Below, piece by piece: positions 51,329-64,000 of a stretch of DNA of 64,000 nt. Under the pieces are notes generated by a model. It did not search any database. It was not told the DNA's origin and saw only the letters and a program-made list of their open reading frames with translations. Origin of the DNA: Tricharina praecox. Taxonomy: Eukaryota. Made by a program: the position numbers and the translations under genes. The stretch's first letter is position 1; each line of letters begins with the position of its first letter. The stretch is from assembly GCF_024521635.1 (NCBI RefSeq), contig NW_026250407.1, forward strand, positions 496,001 through 560,000, written 5' to 3'.

Positions 51329-54300
51329 TCTTATGGGCTGTCGTCAAGATAACGATTGCAGTCTCACACTACGGCTCGGCAGGACTGGATAGGGACGGCG
51401 TTGACGGACGACGTTTGGAACTTCGATAATCTCGGGGGCTTCCGGGGAGGCTCCGGTATATGTCTGTTCCGACTATGGAGGCGGACGGGCGGGGAACGGT
51501 GGTGAAAGAGTGAGAGAGGGGGGGATGATGGCGATCGGGACTTATGTTGTAGTTACCGGGACGTCGAATCTACGATAAAAGATGTGGTGCTGCTGGGGGG
51601 GGCTAGGCGGAATGTGTCGCCTAGCAGGTAATGGGGCTGGGCTACAGCAGATAGCGGGGCGAGCCTGAGCGTCTAATTTCAAGAGCTATTGGGCGGGAGG
51701 AAGCGAAGTCATGAAGAGAAATGTACGCGGCGAGGTTGTGGCTTGGGGTTAACCACGGCAAAATGGAGACGCGCCAGCCGTGACCAGTGCTGCCGAATGG
51801 GGTCACGAGATTCGGGTCCAATTGCGCCACACAAGTACATGCCAGCCAGCACCGAAAGGTCACTGTCTAGCCCTACGGCCCAGCCCCTCGGACTTCGAAC
51901 ATCCAGCTCGCTTCGTACTTGCCGACGGCTGGACGCCACGACTCGGCAACCTTGAGAAACATATCGATTGGCCTCCTGGATACCGCGCAACATGAGCATG
52001 AGATAACATTGATTGGGGAGGGCTTTACCATACTCTACCATGAGCCGGCTGGATGCGCCGGTTTTGATTGGCGTGAATTATTGATTGATAACCGACGACA
52101 GACCGGCAGAAGACACCATGGCAAGCGGTGAATGGGACCATCGTCAAAGTGGCTGGTACGTGATACGACTCGGCTGGGAGATCACGGACGCCTCCAGATG
52201 TGACGGATCAGCTCCCAGGAAGCCCCCGGAAAGTTACTCCTGCTCCAACGCCACTCCCACCATCAACGCGGCATGCGGGGTCGGTCTTGAATAAACTACC
52301 TACTGCAACATGGGTATGCAGTTGGCTTGCTTCGGGTTTGTGGGCGGGAAGAGCACAGCCGTCGGAAATATGGTCCGAGAAGGTTCCATTTGGGGACAGT
52401 GGGGCGTGCTCAAGCATCTTTTTGCTTTTCCCGATCAGGATATCGTCCAACAGCCCGTCGAATCCTCAGGGTTGGTGGAGGACGGTGTATTCATACATAC
52501 CTTTCTACCCCCCGGCCAATCTTTCCTCCCAAGTGGTGTTGACGTTTTGTACTGTCATCCTATTGCCAGGGCATACCCAGTGTCGATGAAGAACAACTGT
52601 CATCTTCTTGCCAGGGCACCAATTATCCACGCATCCTCTCAGCCTTAGCCCCACACCCGGGAAGATCCGCGAGCACACCTGTCACGGCCGGTAGGCGTAT
52701 CTCGTCGATACCGCAACATCAAGCCGAGATGGGGTGGAGGCGTTTGCATGGCGGAAATGCGGTATGACGGAGCCCGACATACGGTACATACACACGACAG
52801 GCCCGCAGCTTAGTGCAATAACCCACAGCATGCACTTCGGATTCGCTCGGACGGACATATCACCATCATCAGTTACGCCCCGCGAAGTTGGGATGGCGGC
52901 CACCGGCAAGTTTTGATGGACGCTCCACGTCACATGCCATAGGAATTCTGCGGTGGAACCGCAGGCTGCGGGTTGGTCGGCCGATGGGAGGAACCGGGAC
53001 CATGAGAGGTGGCACATCTCCAAAGCAATTTCCAGGGATTCATCGTGAAGGGGCCAGCGCAATCATCCATGGTGTAGCCACCATACGAGTTATGCGATTG
53101 TTGCATCCAGATAACTCGCCATGATTAGCTCCTTGGGGGTTCCCAACCGGTTTCGCACCAATCGGCATCAAAATGCAAGGAGGCTGGCATCCTCATCACA
53201 ACAAGCATCTCCGCATTTCCGCCGTCGTCGCCGGGTTTGCCGCAGGATGTGGAGACCATTTCATCTCATGCACCGTGTAGCTACCGTACTGCAGAGGCTT
53301 CTGTGGCTGGATCTTAATATTCCAGGGAAGTGTTGCGCCTATCGAACGCCACCGATATCATGTACATAGGTCAAGATGATAATCTACGGGTATCCTACGG
53401 CTCTAGCAACCGAGCCCAGCAAAGTCGGTCTGGAAGGTGGCGTCTTGACGTCCGTGGGCATTTACTGTGGCGGTGCCGCTTTGCCGGTCGAAAAATGTGC
53501 GTATAGATACCTAGAACAGAGCCCTCAATACGAACACGAATGAATTGAATGATGCCCTACCGCTTGGTGCGGTTACTTGTGTCTAACCCGCCACAGTTCC
53601 CTCTGCACCACTTTTTTGTGGGTGGATCCATAGTGGCAGACATCTGTGACCCCACCACCGCCACACGTTCCGGTCTAGACGTCCGAGAAAGCAAGAAAAA
53701 ATGTACCCAAGTACTCTGCGCAAAAATCGCCACAATCAGCTGCGCTGCGCCACTTCCCGGGGATGGATGTGACCCATAGTTAGGCAAGGAACCGCAGTGA
53801 TCGACCGATTCTGCAGATCAACTTCCGAGTGGACCCTTTCCAGATGAGGCGGGGAGTTTCTCCAAGGTGCGCGTAAGAGTATGCAGGGACTAGAATCATG
53901 GAAACGCACTCGCGGGGCGGAATTGTGATACCCCCCCTCGCTCCCGGCCGCGTAGGTAGGCTATCATGGAAACGGAGTGGGTGGGTGTAAGTATATTGTC
54001 ATGATTTAGATAGCTCGCATGCAGTCACTGATTACTCCAAAAAAAACCAAAGGCAGTCTTTTCCGAGTGTGGGCGCGAGCAGCCACGGATGGTGGCGAGG
54101 AAAGCGGCGAGGTGACGACAAATGATCTCCCTCCAAGCAACGCCCAGAACGGAAAATGATAGCGTGGTTCCCGGGGGGGAGGGGGAGATCCCGCAGACAC
54201 ACCGGCACGGCATAGGTATGATGTCAACTTCCTGTGTGCACTACATCGGAATCTAGATACTGGGGAATTTTCGTCCGCGCGGGAAGCTACCGATTTTTCG

Positions 54301-54464
54301 TCGCCCGGGTGGAGCTAGGTAGTCGAGTGACACCATATGTCGATACCGGAGTGCGATCTTTACCATTCGGACTACCCAGGGGCTTCAAAATCGCTGAAGC
54401 GGGCATCTTCCTTTTCAAGATACTATGTACCGATCCCTTCCCGTTCGGTTCCTTTCCCATTCCC

Positions 54465-55082
54465 TAGTTGCCTCAATTCAATCAATACAGTTCCCACATA
54501 TAACAGGGTTTTGTGGAGTGTATTTTGAAATGTGGGCTTGGAAGAGCCGAGTTGAGCTTGGAACGTTCTGGGTCTAGAAAGAACGAACTTGGAAGATCGA
54601 GTGCTTGCAACAACAATGGGTGCTCGCAACAAGGAGTGCGAGCTTGGAATGGTGTGGGGCTTTTTTTCTCTCGTAAAGTAAGCTCAGAATGATATTATGT
54701 GTTATTGCTGGTAGTGGACGTAAGGAGTGGTCGACAAATAAACACGGATAACTAGAGCGGTCAAACGAAGAGTGAAAGCCGTGTACACACCTCTGGCCTT
54801 CTATTATGCAGTCTACGCACCGCAATTTTTTCTTTGCGAGATACATAAACCTCTGCGTCAACTGATTGAGTGATAGCTCACAGACTAGATAGAGTGATGG
54901 GAATGTATGATTATCGTTCATGACTAATCACCCGCTTCTACTCACACCACCGCATCCCCATGACTCAAAGTTGAAAGCCAGGATGGCTTGACTGATCCCC
55001 TCGAGCTCCAGCATTCATGGTGAACAGTATCCGCTCATTGAGACATCCTGCTCTGCAGTCCGTCTTCTGATGCTCAGCCTTC
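54465..55082 (-). repeat. Dispersed repeat, copy B (inverted relative to 15862-16500)
   Basis: Same shared blocks as copy A. Confidence 0.9.
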
Positions 55083-55092
55083 TCCCTATGGT

Positions 55093-56745
55093 ACAGGTAA
55101 TGGGACAGGGCCCGTTTTGTTGAATGGGCACGCATTTAAATCGGCTTCCGATATGTTTTCTGGCTGTAATTAGCCTCTATTTGGCTGTGAAAAGGCTGTG
55201 AAAAGGCTGTATCCAGGCTTAAAAGATTCAGAGGGCTCTAAGGTTTAAAGGGCGATACCTAGTACATACGGCTATAAAAGGGCACAGTTGCTCAACTGGC
55301 GTTGATAATAAATGGCTTTTAGGAGTTCATATGGCTGACATTGAGCAATTATACGAGTGCAATCTGCTGCTTGAAATTGCTGTGATTCTAGCTACTGCTG
55401 CTCGCCCAATATATATGCTCCCCTCCGCGCCCAAGCAAACCGAACCCTGCTTGTCCCAGCTCTCCCCCGCTCTCCCCCGCTCGCCGGCTTCCACCCCATC
55501 ATCTTAGCACACATTCAACATGACCGGGGTGCTCAATAGACTGTCTGCTAGTATCCGCAGCGAGTCAGGCCTGATACTGTAGGACGGCATAGGAGGAGTA
55601 GACGTACCGGTTGCAAGAGGGCCAGGTGCTGTTAGACAGCAAAGGAGGACGAGGATAGAGTGCTATTAGCGGCGATGACAGTGGGGTATCCGCAGCGAAG
55701 CAGGTCTGTAGGATAGCATAGGAGCATGATGCGTACCTGCTGTAAGAAGACCAGAGACTGCCAAAGAGCGAGCGGCGGCGAGGGGAAATACTGTGGGGCG
55801 GACTGATGGGGGAGCTGTAGCCTGTCAGTGAGAAGAGGAAGTGATGCAAGAGCTGTTGGCGAGCGGAAGTGATGCAGGAGCTGTGGGTGTGAGCAGGGGG
55901 ATGTGATGGAATAGCTGTCAGCAAGAGAGAGTGAGAGATAGATAAAAGGACTTGAAGGAAGAGATGTTCGCGGGAGAAGGAGTTGCGGTGGGAGAAGGAA
56001 GGGAAGGATGAGCTGTATGCAAGAAGAGGAGCTGTTAGCGAGATGAGGAAGTGATGGAGGAGTTGTGGGCGAGGGGAGGAAGGGAAGGAGGAGCTGTTGG
56101 CGAGATGAGGAAGTGATGGAAGAGCTGTCGGCGGGAGGAAGCGAATGTGGTTAGTAGTGGGCATCAACGTTGGCGGGCATGGCGGGGGGCATGGCGGGGG
56201 GCATGGCGGGGGCGGGGGGCATGGCGGGGGCGGCCGAATAAGGAGAAAATGCTCCATTTATAAATCGAAGCCCATTTTCACTCATGCCGGAAGCCTAATG
56301 AGCGGAAAGTTATCTTTTTACCAACGGATGCCCGAAGAGAGTGGTGGAAAGACATTGCATTTACTGCCAATGGCCAATTTACACCTCAACGCCAAATCTG
56401 GCCTCTGTCTATTCTTCACATTGAGTATTGACAGCCGAATTAGGTGAAAGAGCCCAATTTGAGTATTGTAAACTGGCCGCAATTACTACTAACCGCCCAT
56501 TGACTCGGCTCCGCCCAAATAAACATGGCGACTTGTACTCTATGAGGAAAAACGGCCAATTTACTGGCAGAAGCCTGAATTACCAGTGCAAATGAGCCGC
56601 ACTTTGTGCTAATAGCCAGTTTACATGCAGACTCGCATTCAACTAAAGGGGCCTCGTCCCATTCCCTGTATCCTAGGGTCTGCTGAGTGCCGCATGAAGA
56701 AGCCAAGCAAAGTGGGCGGAATCATGCGAGACGGCCCAATACCTA
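55093..56745. mobile_element. Possible degenerate non-autonomous DNA transposon relic with an internal purine-rich minisatellite
   Basis: Weak inverted ends (AGGTAATGGGAC vs reverse complement AGGTATTGGGCC); repeated GGCT.. motifs at the left end and GCCAATTTAC-like motifs at the right end; internal GAGGAAGTGATG.AAGAGCTGT repeats at about 55835-56140; no TSD found. Confidence 0.35.
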
Positions 56746-56941
56746 AGACAAGACAATTAACCTAGTTAAATACAATGCTAGGCCAGGCACCCCAGGCCCA
56801 GCTTGTACCCACTCGGCAGAAGATGTATCGGGAATTTCTCATCCTGTCAGCTACCGGTAGTTATCACTTATTCGGTTCAGCTGAAAGTTTTACAACTCGT
56901 CATAATATATCATTCACCTTGGCAGACCTGCACTCATATAC

Positions 56942-57589
56942 TGTAGCAAAAAGTGGAGGTTTATCGCTACGGTGATGAGACGGTTATTTGATGGCTAGTG
57001 TGGCGCTACCGTTATAAAAAGACCAGTGCAATCACTCAAAAATTTCAATCTCCTGAAAACGTAATCCGATAATGTTCACAGTGATGCCGCATCCGCTACA
57101 TTACGTCCTCAGGTTGCTGTAGCTGTTTAGATCTCGTTGTTTGGCTGCTACAAAAAGCAGATAATGTGATCGCGTTATGGGAATGGTGCTGTTGTTGTTT
57201 AACTCCCACTTGTTCAGAAAACCGCCAAGGTCTAGTAGCAGTGTCGGAGTTGATGGAAAACGTCGTCCTTCGACTACTTTTGAGGCTGAAAACGAGTTGT
57301 CTATTGAGTGCTGCTGGCTCAACTCCACCAAAGTGCGGCTATGGCGCTCCGGCAGTTAAAAGATTACGTGGTACGGCAAAAATGGTAGCCCTATCGTCTT
57401 ACTATGGCGTAACTGAGATCAAAAAAACCATTTCACTGCGTACCGAAATGTCAATACGCATTTTATTTACCAACGTAATCTAAAGACCGCCGTCATTGCC
57501 CGGAATACTCAATTATCATTTGCATTAACGTCAATGCGGTAACATCATCATAGCGCTACTGTTGCGATAAGACCCCATTTTTTGCTACA
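56942..57589. mobile_element. Degenerate MITE/foldback element, about 650 bp
   Basis: Imperfect 29-bp TIRs: TGTAGCAAAAAGTGGAGGTTTATCGCTAC vs reverse complement TGTAGCAAAAAATGGGGTCTTATCGCAAC; internal CGCTAC/CGTAAT repeats; AT-rich; TSD not intact. Confidence 0.6.
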
Positions 57590-58008
57590 AGATGTATCTA
57601 TCGCTATGCGGTATGTGCGAACAGCCTACATCTCAAATCCTACCGGCCCCGGCATTACTATAGTCGTTGCGGGAATTGTACATGAAATGCTGGCATTCCC
57701 GTGCTCTCGACGGTATTGATCGGGAAGCTCTATCCAGACCCTTAGCCCAACTGAAAGACTAGCACTCAATGGCACGATCACGTACCGAATGTCATACAGT
57801 CTTACCGGCTCTTTTCAAAAAATTATACTTGGAAGCCAAGTTCTTCCAACCACGGCACGAGTGCGCGTTCATGAGGTTACACCAACTAACTGGGAGCTAG
57901 CTCCCCGCGCCTGAGCTCGCCACCGCGACAGGGTTCCGTTTTGAACCCACCCGTCCTCCCCACAGCTCTACAGACGCTCCAGCAACACTCACGACACCAC
58001 CATTCACA

Positions 58009-59027
58009 ATGCCACGAAAAGCACCCACCACCACAGGCGGCTCGCCAACAGCAGCGGCAGCAGCAGCGGCGACAGCACCATCATCATCATCAGCCCCCTC
58101 CAAACTGCCTAAAAAGAAAGCCCCCGTCAAAAAGAAGCCCGAAGTAACCTCCATCGACGTACGTACCTGCACTTAGATAGATACCGCGTCCGTCCGTCCC
58201 CCCACTCTCCCCCTCCTTTTCCAAATGCTGAACCCATACGATGCGCCGCAATAGGACCTAGCCCTCCCGCGCTCCATCATAACGCGCCTCGCCAAATCCG
58301 TGCTCCCCGCCAATGCCGCGATCCAGAAGCAAGCGGTAGGAGCCATCTCGCAGTCCTCGACCGTCTTTGTCAACTTCCTCTGCGCGACGTGAGTCGCCCC
58401 GCCCACCACTGTCTCGCCCCCGCCAGAACAAAACGACAACTGATACTGCGAGAGAGACAGCGCGAACGATCTTGCGCATCGAGAGGGTCGCAAGGGTCTC
58501 AACGCTGCGGATATACTCACGGCAATGAAGCTGCTGGAGTTTGACGACTTCTCGCCGAGGATGGAGGCGGAGCTGGAATGTATTAGCTCCCCACGGCTCT
58601 CCCGCGTGTGCTGATGAAGGGCTGACGGAGTGTAGTGTTTCTGCAGGCGGAGGCGGCAAAAAAGGTACCCAAGGAGAAGGAGAATGAGAAAGAGAAAGAC
58701 GAGACGATAGGAGAAGCGACGCAGGAGCTGGATGAGACGGAGGAGGGAGAGGCTACGCCGGCAACAAAGAAAGCGAGGGTTGATGGATCCGGCGATCTTG
58801 AGGGATCGAGAACACAGGACAAGCCGGATTCAGAGTCGGAGGACGACGACGATGACGATGATGTCGATGTCGAAGCGTCTGACGACGATGCGGTTGTCTC
58901 TGACGACGAACCTGAAGACGAAATTGAGGCACATGGCGATACGGACAAGGAGGAGCTCGACGATCGCGATACAGTAGGAGGGGAGGATGTGGATGATGCT
59001 TTGGATGACGGCGCGCTGAGCGATTGA
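58009..59027 (+). CDS. DPB4: Histone-fold DNA polymerase epsilon subunit D / CHRAC subunit
   Basis: Four exons. Spliced TSIDDLALPRSIITRLAKSVLPANAAIQKQAVGAISQSSTVFVNFL...GRKGLNAADILTAMKLLEF histone fold, followed by an acidic tail. Confidence 0.88.
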
Positions 59028-59147
59028 ACGGAATACCATACCATGATCCAAGGCGCAATGGCATGAGTAATGTTACATGCTATACGAAGCAACGCCATCT
59101 ATCTACACAACAACACAAGCCATCCAAGAAATTGCCTTCCACTACTA

Positions 59148-60558
59148 CTACTCCTCCCCCGCACCTTCTTCCAGAAATTTTCCAAACTTCTCCAGGCGCT
59201 CAGCCTCCTCCGCGTCCGCGGTTTCGGCATTCTTTGTGGTGTGTTTTTTGAATTTCTCGTTGCCGTCTGCAATATATGCCTTCACCTGCTGTCCTGCAAA
59301 GAAGCGACCATCCATAAGCTGTATGCATAGTCAGTACATTGCCGTCCCCGATTTCACTGTCATGTCATTTCTATGGGGACGTACCTTAACGCATGCCTGT
59401 GCTCCCTGGGTATCCTTGAACTTGACGGTAACCACACCATCCTCTTCCATGTCGTAGAGCACAACGTTTGTAACGTCGCCCAACCGCTCGCACTCCTCTC
59501 GGACATCTTCCTTCAAATCCAGAACGAGTGATGGATCATCCTGCAGTACTACCGTCAGCATTGCCGTTATAGCTAGCACGCTCGGCAAAAAAGAAAAAAC
59601 GTTACCTCCAACTCCTTCAGAGTAAACATATGTTTCAAAATCACAAGCTTATCCCATTTCGTGGTGGTCTCGACGATCGCCGACGGATCATCGTCGTCCC
59701 AATCGGCCAGCTTGTTATTCAGCTTCTGCGTCTTTGCAATAATCTTCCTCTTCTCCTTCTTCGACGTCTTGACCGGCGCCTCCTGCTGGGCCTTGTAGCT
59801 GAAATCCGCCGCCTGCACCTTGATAGTCTCCGCTGGGGCGCCGCCAATCCTGAGCGGACTATCATCGAGCATCTGAATGGCGAGATTGACACTCTCAGGG
59901 CGGAAGTAGATAACCAGGGCATCGCCCTTCAGGGTCCCATCCTCATTCCTGTAGAGTTTTATCCTGGGCTTCCCGGTATCGATTTCCTCGGAGATGACTC
60001 CATACTTCGAGAAGACCTCTTTAATCTCGTCCTCGCCCGTATCGAGCGGGAGATTCGTAACATAAACCGCGGTATTCTTCCTTGGCTCCTTCTTCTCCGC
60101 GCCCGCCCGCGGCTTCTTCTTTTTTGGCAGATCCGCATCGTCCTCCTCCGCAGGCTGCTCGTCCGCATTCGACGTGTACACCTTCTCCTTCTTCCGCTTC
60201 CGTGGCGCTACCGCGGGCTCGCTCTCGTCTACCCCCGCGACTGCGTAGATCGCAGACTGCTGCTCCGCTAGCGACTCGTCGAGCTATGCGCGCGCACATC
60301 TGGTTGGGACCGTGAACTCTTGCGATGTGGGGGGGGGGGGGGGGGGGGGGAAGAACGTACTAAAACCACCCACCGCCGCAGCGCCTCGTCAAACGTGTAC
60401 TCGAGCCCGCCGTCCGTCTCCAGGACCCATTTGGAGTCTTGTCGCGACCAGGACACGCGCGGGTCCTGCGCAAAGTCCGAGACTGCTGTTGGGAAGCCCG
60501 CCGCGTCTACCGCTGCTCCTACTGGCGGTGGTGTAGGTGAGGCGGGGCTGTGCGGCAT
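59148..60558 (-). CDS. CUS2: U2 snRNP-associated splicing factor Cus2/Uap2/Tat-SF1 (RRM + UHM)
   Basis: Four exons. NTAVYVTNLP, PRIKLY...LKGDALVIYFRPESVNLA, KLADWDDD, VILKHMF, DLKEDVREECERLG, MDGRFFAG. Confidence 0.92.
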
Positions 60559-61524
60559 CGTGATCTTGGTGCGTGCGTGCGGGGGATGGAGGGGTGAGGG
60601 GCGCTGTGGGTGCGTGTGAGAGCGTGAATGGTGGTGTTGAGACCAACCCGTTGACGTTGACGGTGCTGCGCGACGCGGTTCCGGAGCTAATAGGTACGGT
60701 AGCTTACGAGACGTGGAAAGGAGCGCTATACTAGATGTGCTAAGTGGGTTTTACCCGGCAACCACGTCCTCCACGTTCCAACTCATGACCTGAGTGACCC
60801 CCACGACTCCAATGTCTGGGAAGCGTACATTCCTGGGTAGGTTAGCATGTAGATACCGAGAAGTACCCCCATACTTTTGCTTTCTCGTTCCAGACCGACC
60901 TTGAAAGTTGAAACACGGTACCATCACAGCATTACAAGACGAAAAATAAAAGAAAACACGTCCAGTTTTCATGAAAACACACGTCCATGTAATATTCCTC
61001 TCTCCCTCACTCACACGCACTCATAAGATCGCACTCGAAACCACCATCCACCCCCACCCCCACCCCCACCCCCCATCCCCACCCCCATGGATCCTGTACC
61101 TTGGTAGGGAGGCATCGACACCCCACGAGGCGAACACCACCACTAACCAACTACTCCAGGGCGATACTGCCAAAAACCGCAGCCCCAAAATCTGCAGCCC
61201 AAAACCATCCACTAGGTATGTAAAAAAAAAAGAGATGGACATGAAAAGCGAACGACATGATATGTAAACAGAAAATACGAGCAAAAGGTATCGTGCTAAA
61301 GAAACAGATAAATCCCCTACGGACAAAAAAATACATAACTTCGAAAAGCCCCCAGCAGATATTACAGACAAGAGAGAAAGCCCTAAGAAACCTTGAAAGA
61401 GAGGACGAAAGGAAGCCAAAGGAAAAGGGAACAAGTATCGCGCCTCGAAAAATTGAACATCATCTTTAAATTACACCCCACATAATCCGAGAGAGGAGAA
61501 ACATGTTGGTGTTTGTACCTGCAT

Positions 61525-63558
61525 CTATTTCTCGATGGGTTGACCCCGGGCCACCGATCCGGTTCCGTTGTCAGTCGAGAATTTTGGTACCGACTCATCC
61601 TCGGAGATCACCTCTCTGGTAAGCTCAACATAATCGTACTAAATCAAAAAAACACCCGGTCAGTAAGAATGTCCGAGGGGAAAAAAACAGTAGATGCCAT
61701 TCGGCTCGGAATTACTTACGGCAAACTCTCCAAGCTCAGCGTCGTCGATTCCAAGAACTTCGGCCTCCTCGCTAGCACGCAGACTCAGGCCCGGAATCAG
61801 GTTCATGATGAAGAGGATGATGCAAGTTCCACCGAAAGCATAGGCGAAACCAGCAACCGAGTCGGCAATCTGGTAGCCGAGCTGGACCCAGTGGTGGTTG
61901 ACCCATCCACCGGGAATCGAGGAGTAGCCATCGAGGTGCGCAATGTAATCACTGCGAAAAAGCAATCAGTGAGGATCCCATGACATTCGGAGGATGGACT
62001 TACGCGGCAAAGAAGGCCGTGAGAATGTTGCCAACGATTCCGCCGACACCGTGCTCCGCAAAGATGTCAAGGGCATCGTCGACTCCAATGACGAACTTGA
62101 GCTTGGTGGCATAGTTACATGCGGCTCCACCGACAACACCGTAGATGACAGCAGCCCACGGGGGAACCTAGGAATCCCGTTAGCCGTAATCCCGTAGTCT
62201 CTTAGCTGCCGCGGGGGTAGCTAGGTACTCACGTATCCGGATCCGGGAGTGATGGCGACGAGTCCGGCAATGACACCGGAGCAGAATCCAACGGTCGACC
62301 ACTTGTGCTCGAGACGGTAATCCAAAAGGCACCAAGTAATACCACCGACGGACGCCGACAAGTTGGTCACGAAAATGGCCATGACGGCACGCAGGTTCAT
62401 GGCCAGTGCGCTTCCTCCGTTGAACCCGAACCATCCGACCCAGAGGAAAACGGTACCGAGAACGATGTGGGTGACATTGTGCGGGCGGTAGTTCAGTTCG
62501 TGGGTTCCGTGGCCACGGCGCTTGCCGAGCATCAACGAGTAGGCTAGGGCCGCACATCCGGACGAGATGTGCACGGGCGTTCCACCGGCGAAGTCGAGGC
62601 CTCCCATCTTGAAGGACCATCCGGCAGGGTTCCATGTCCAACAGGCGATCGGATCGTAGATCAGGGTGGCCCAAACGAACATGAAGACGACGCAAGGCAA
62701 CATCCGACCGCGCTCAGCTGCGGCACCGATGGCAAGGGCCACACTATAATGCGGTTTCCCCCATGGTCAGCGACCGCAACCGCAATGATTCATTGGGGGA
62801 GGGGGGAGGGGGCTACTCGGTCTAGGTATAGTACGTACGTGATGGCCGAAAACATGCCTTGGTAGGCGGCGAACAAAAGGTCGGGGACCTTGGAACTCCC
62901 GACCGACGGCGCACCGAGGACATTTCGGAATCCGAAGTTGTCGAGGTTCCCAAGGAACTTGCCAGCGGAGTGACTGAAAGCGAGAGAGTATCCCCAGAAG
63001 AACCACTATCGGGCCACGAGGATGGCAGGAGCGCCAAGCAATCAGCAATTGAAATTCCATCTCAACCGGCGACAGTCTTTTTTCTTTTCTTTTTCTTTTT
63101 CCTTTCTTTCTTTCCCATTACGAGAGAATAATTCAAATTAGGTGCGGCTCCTTCCCAACCTACCTGAAAACTAACGACGGCAGTCGACATCATTGACAGC
63201 CATATAAGCGACAGGGCCGACTTTCTCCTTGCGAGGCCCGAGTAGAAGAAGCCTACGCCGGGAATCATCAACAGCACCAGCGCTGTCGACACCACGATCC
63301 AGGCCATATCGCCAGTCTATCGCACCACCGCACAAAACGCGCTGTCAACGTTCCGTGTCTCGCGCCGACCTCTCTCTCTCTCTAAAAGAGCGCAATGCAG
63401 AGAGGAGGGGGGAGGGGAAGAGCCGTGGCATCGGGAATACATACCTGGTACCAGACATTTAAGTCCTCGGTCAAAGAGTCGCCGCCAGTTTCGGTGTTTG
63501 AGCCATCGAATGCGTGCACGAGCGGAACATAGGGCAGTCCGGTGTATTCGGCGGCCAT
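61525..63558 (-). CDS. Ammonium transporter, Amt/Mep family
   Basis: About seven exons. GGDSLTEDLN, LVLLMIPGVGFFYSGL, GAAAERGR, DFAGGTPVH, LWVGWFGFNGGS, GLVAITPGSG, YDYVELTR. Confidence 0.95.
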
Positions 63559-63576
63559 GGTGAATGATTTTCGCCC

Positions 63577-63614
<38 letters not shown>

Positions 63615-64000
63615 GTCACAGTCACAGTCACAGTCTCAGTCTCTCAGTCTCTCTCTCTTTCTCTCTTTGTCTCTCTCAGTGGTCTGTCGGTCCGTCTCTC
63701 GGTGTTTCCTCTCGGAGTGTGTGTGTGAATGTGTGTGTGTTGTATCTGGCTGGCGGATCGAAAGCAACGGACGGACGGAATTAATTTTTTTCTTCGTTGC
63801 TGTCGTCGTCGGTGCGGCAAATAGACGTTGAAGCGTGGGATGATGCGATGGGGTAATAGAAATCCGAAGGAGGAGGGTGGTGGTGTTGGTGGTGGTAGTG
63901 GGAGGGTTCAGTTGAGTTTAAGGAACGGCAGGCACAAATGGCAAATGGCACGCGGGAGTTGAGTAAGAGGTAAGAGGAATGTGTGGAGGGGTTGAGGCAT

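Noticed and set aside
51640..54400. Possible gene or pseudogene
   Set aside because: Only short ORFs and one 25-bp direct duplication (about 52551 and 52596); no homology recognised.
55565..56257. 230-aa Pro/Ser/Leu-rich ORF
   Set aside because: Antisense reading of the purine-rich minisatellite; no coding signal.

Overview
Eukaryotic window from a filamentous ascomycete (short GT-AG introns with CTRAY branch points; a Pezizomycete-like origin is only an impression). Gene-dense ends flank a large SSR-rich, gene-poor middle. Protein genes: F-box/LRR-like protein, NAT1/NAA15, an SPG5-like protein, kynurenine formamidase (BNA7-like), SGT2, an Nrg1-like C2H2 repressor inside about 30 kb of apparently non-coding DNA, a putative WRKY/GCM1/FAR1-type Zn-finger domain that can splice in frame onto an omega-like GST, DPB4, CUS2/Tat-SF1 and an Amt/Mep ammonium transporter. 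Not visible in the ORF track: a non-coding multi-intron host gene (about 9.2-10.6 kb) carrying five intronic box C/D snoRNAs, corresponding to the yeast snR41-snR70-snR51 cluster, with the two snR51 guides split over two RNAs plus one extra snoRNA. Mobile DNA: an intact hAT-type MITE with an 8-bp TSD, a 630-bp diverged repeat present twice in inverted orientation 38 kb apart, and degenerate TIR elements at 55-57.6 kb. All homology calls come from motif recognition by eye, not database searches.
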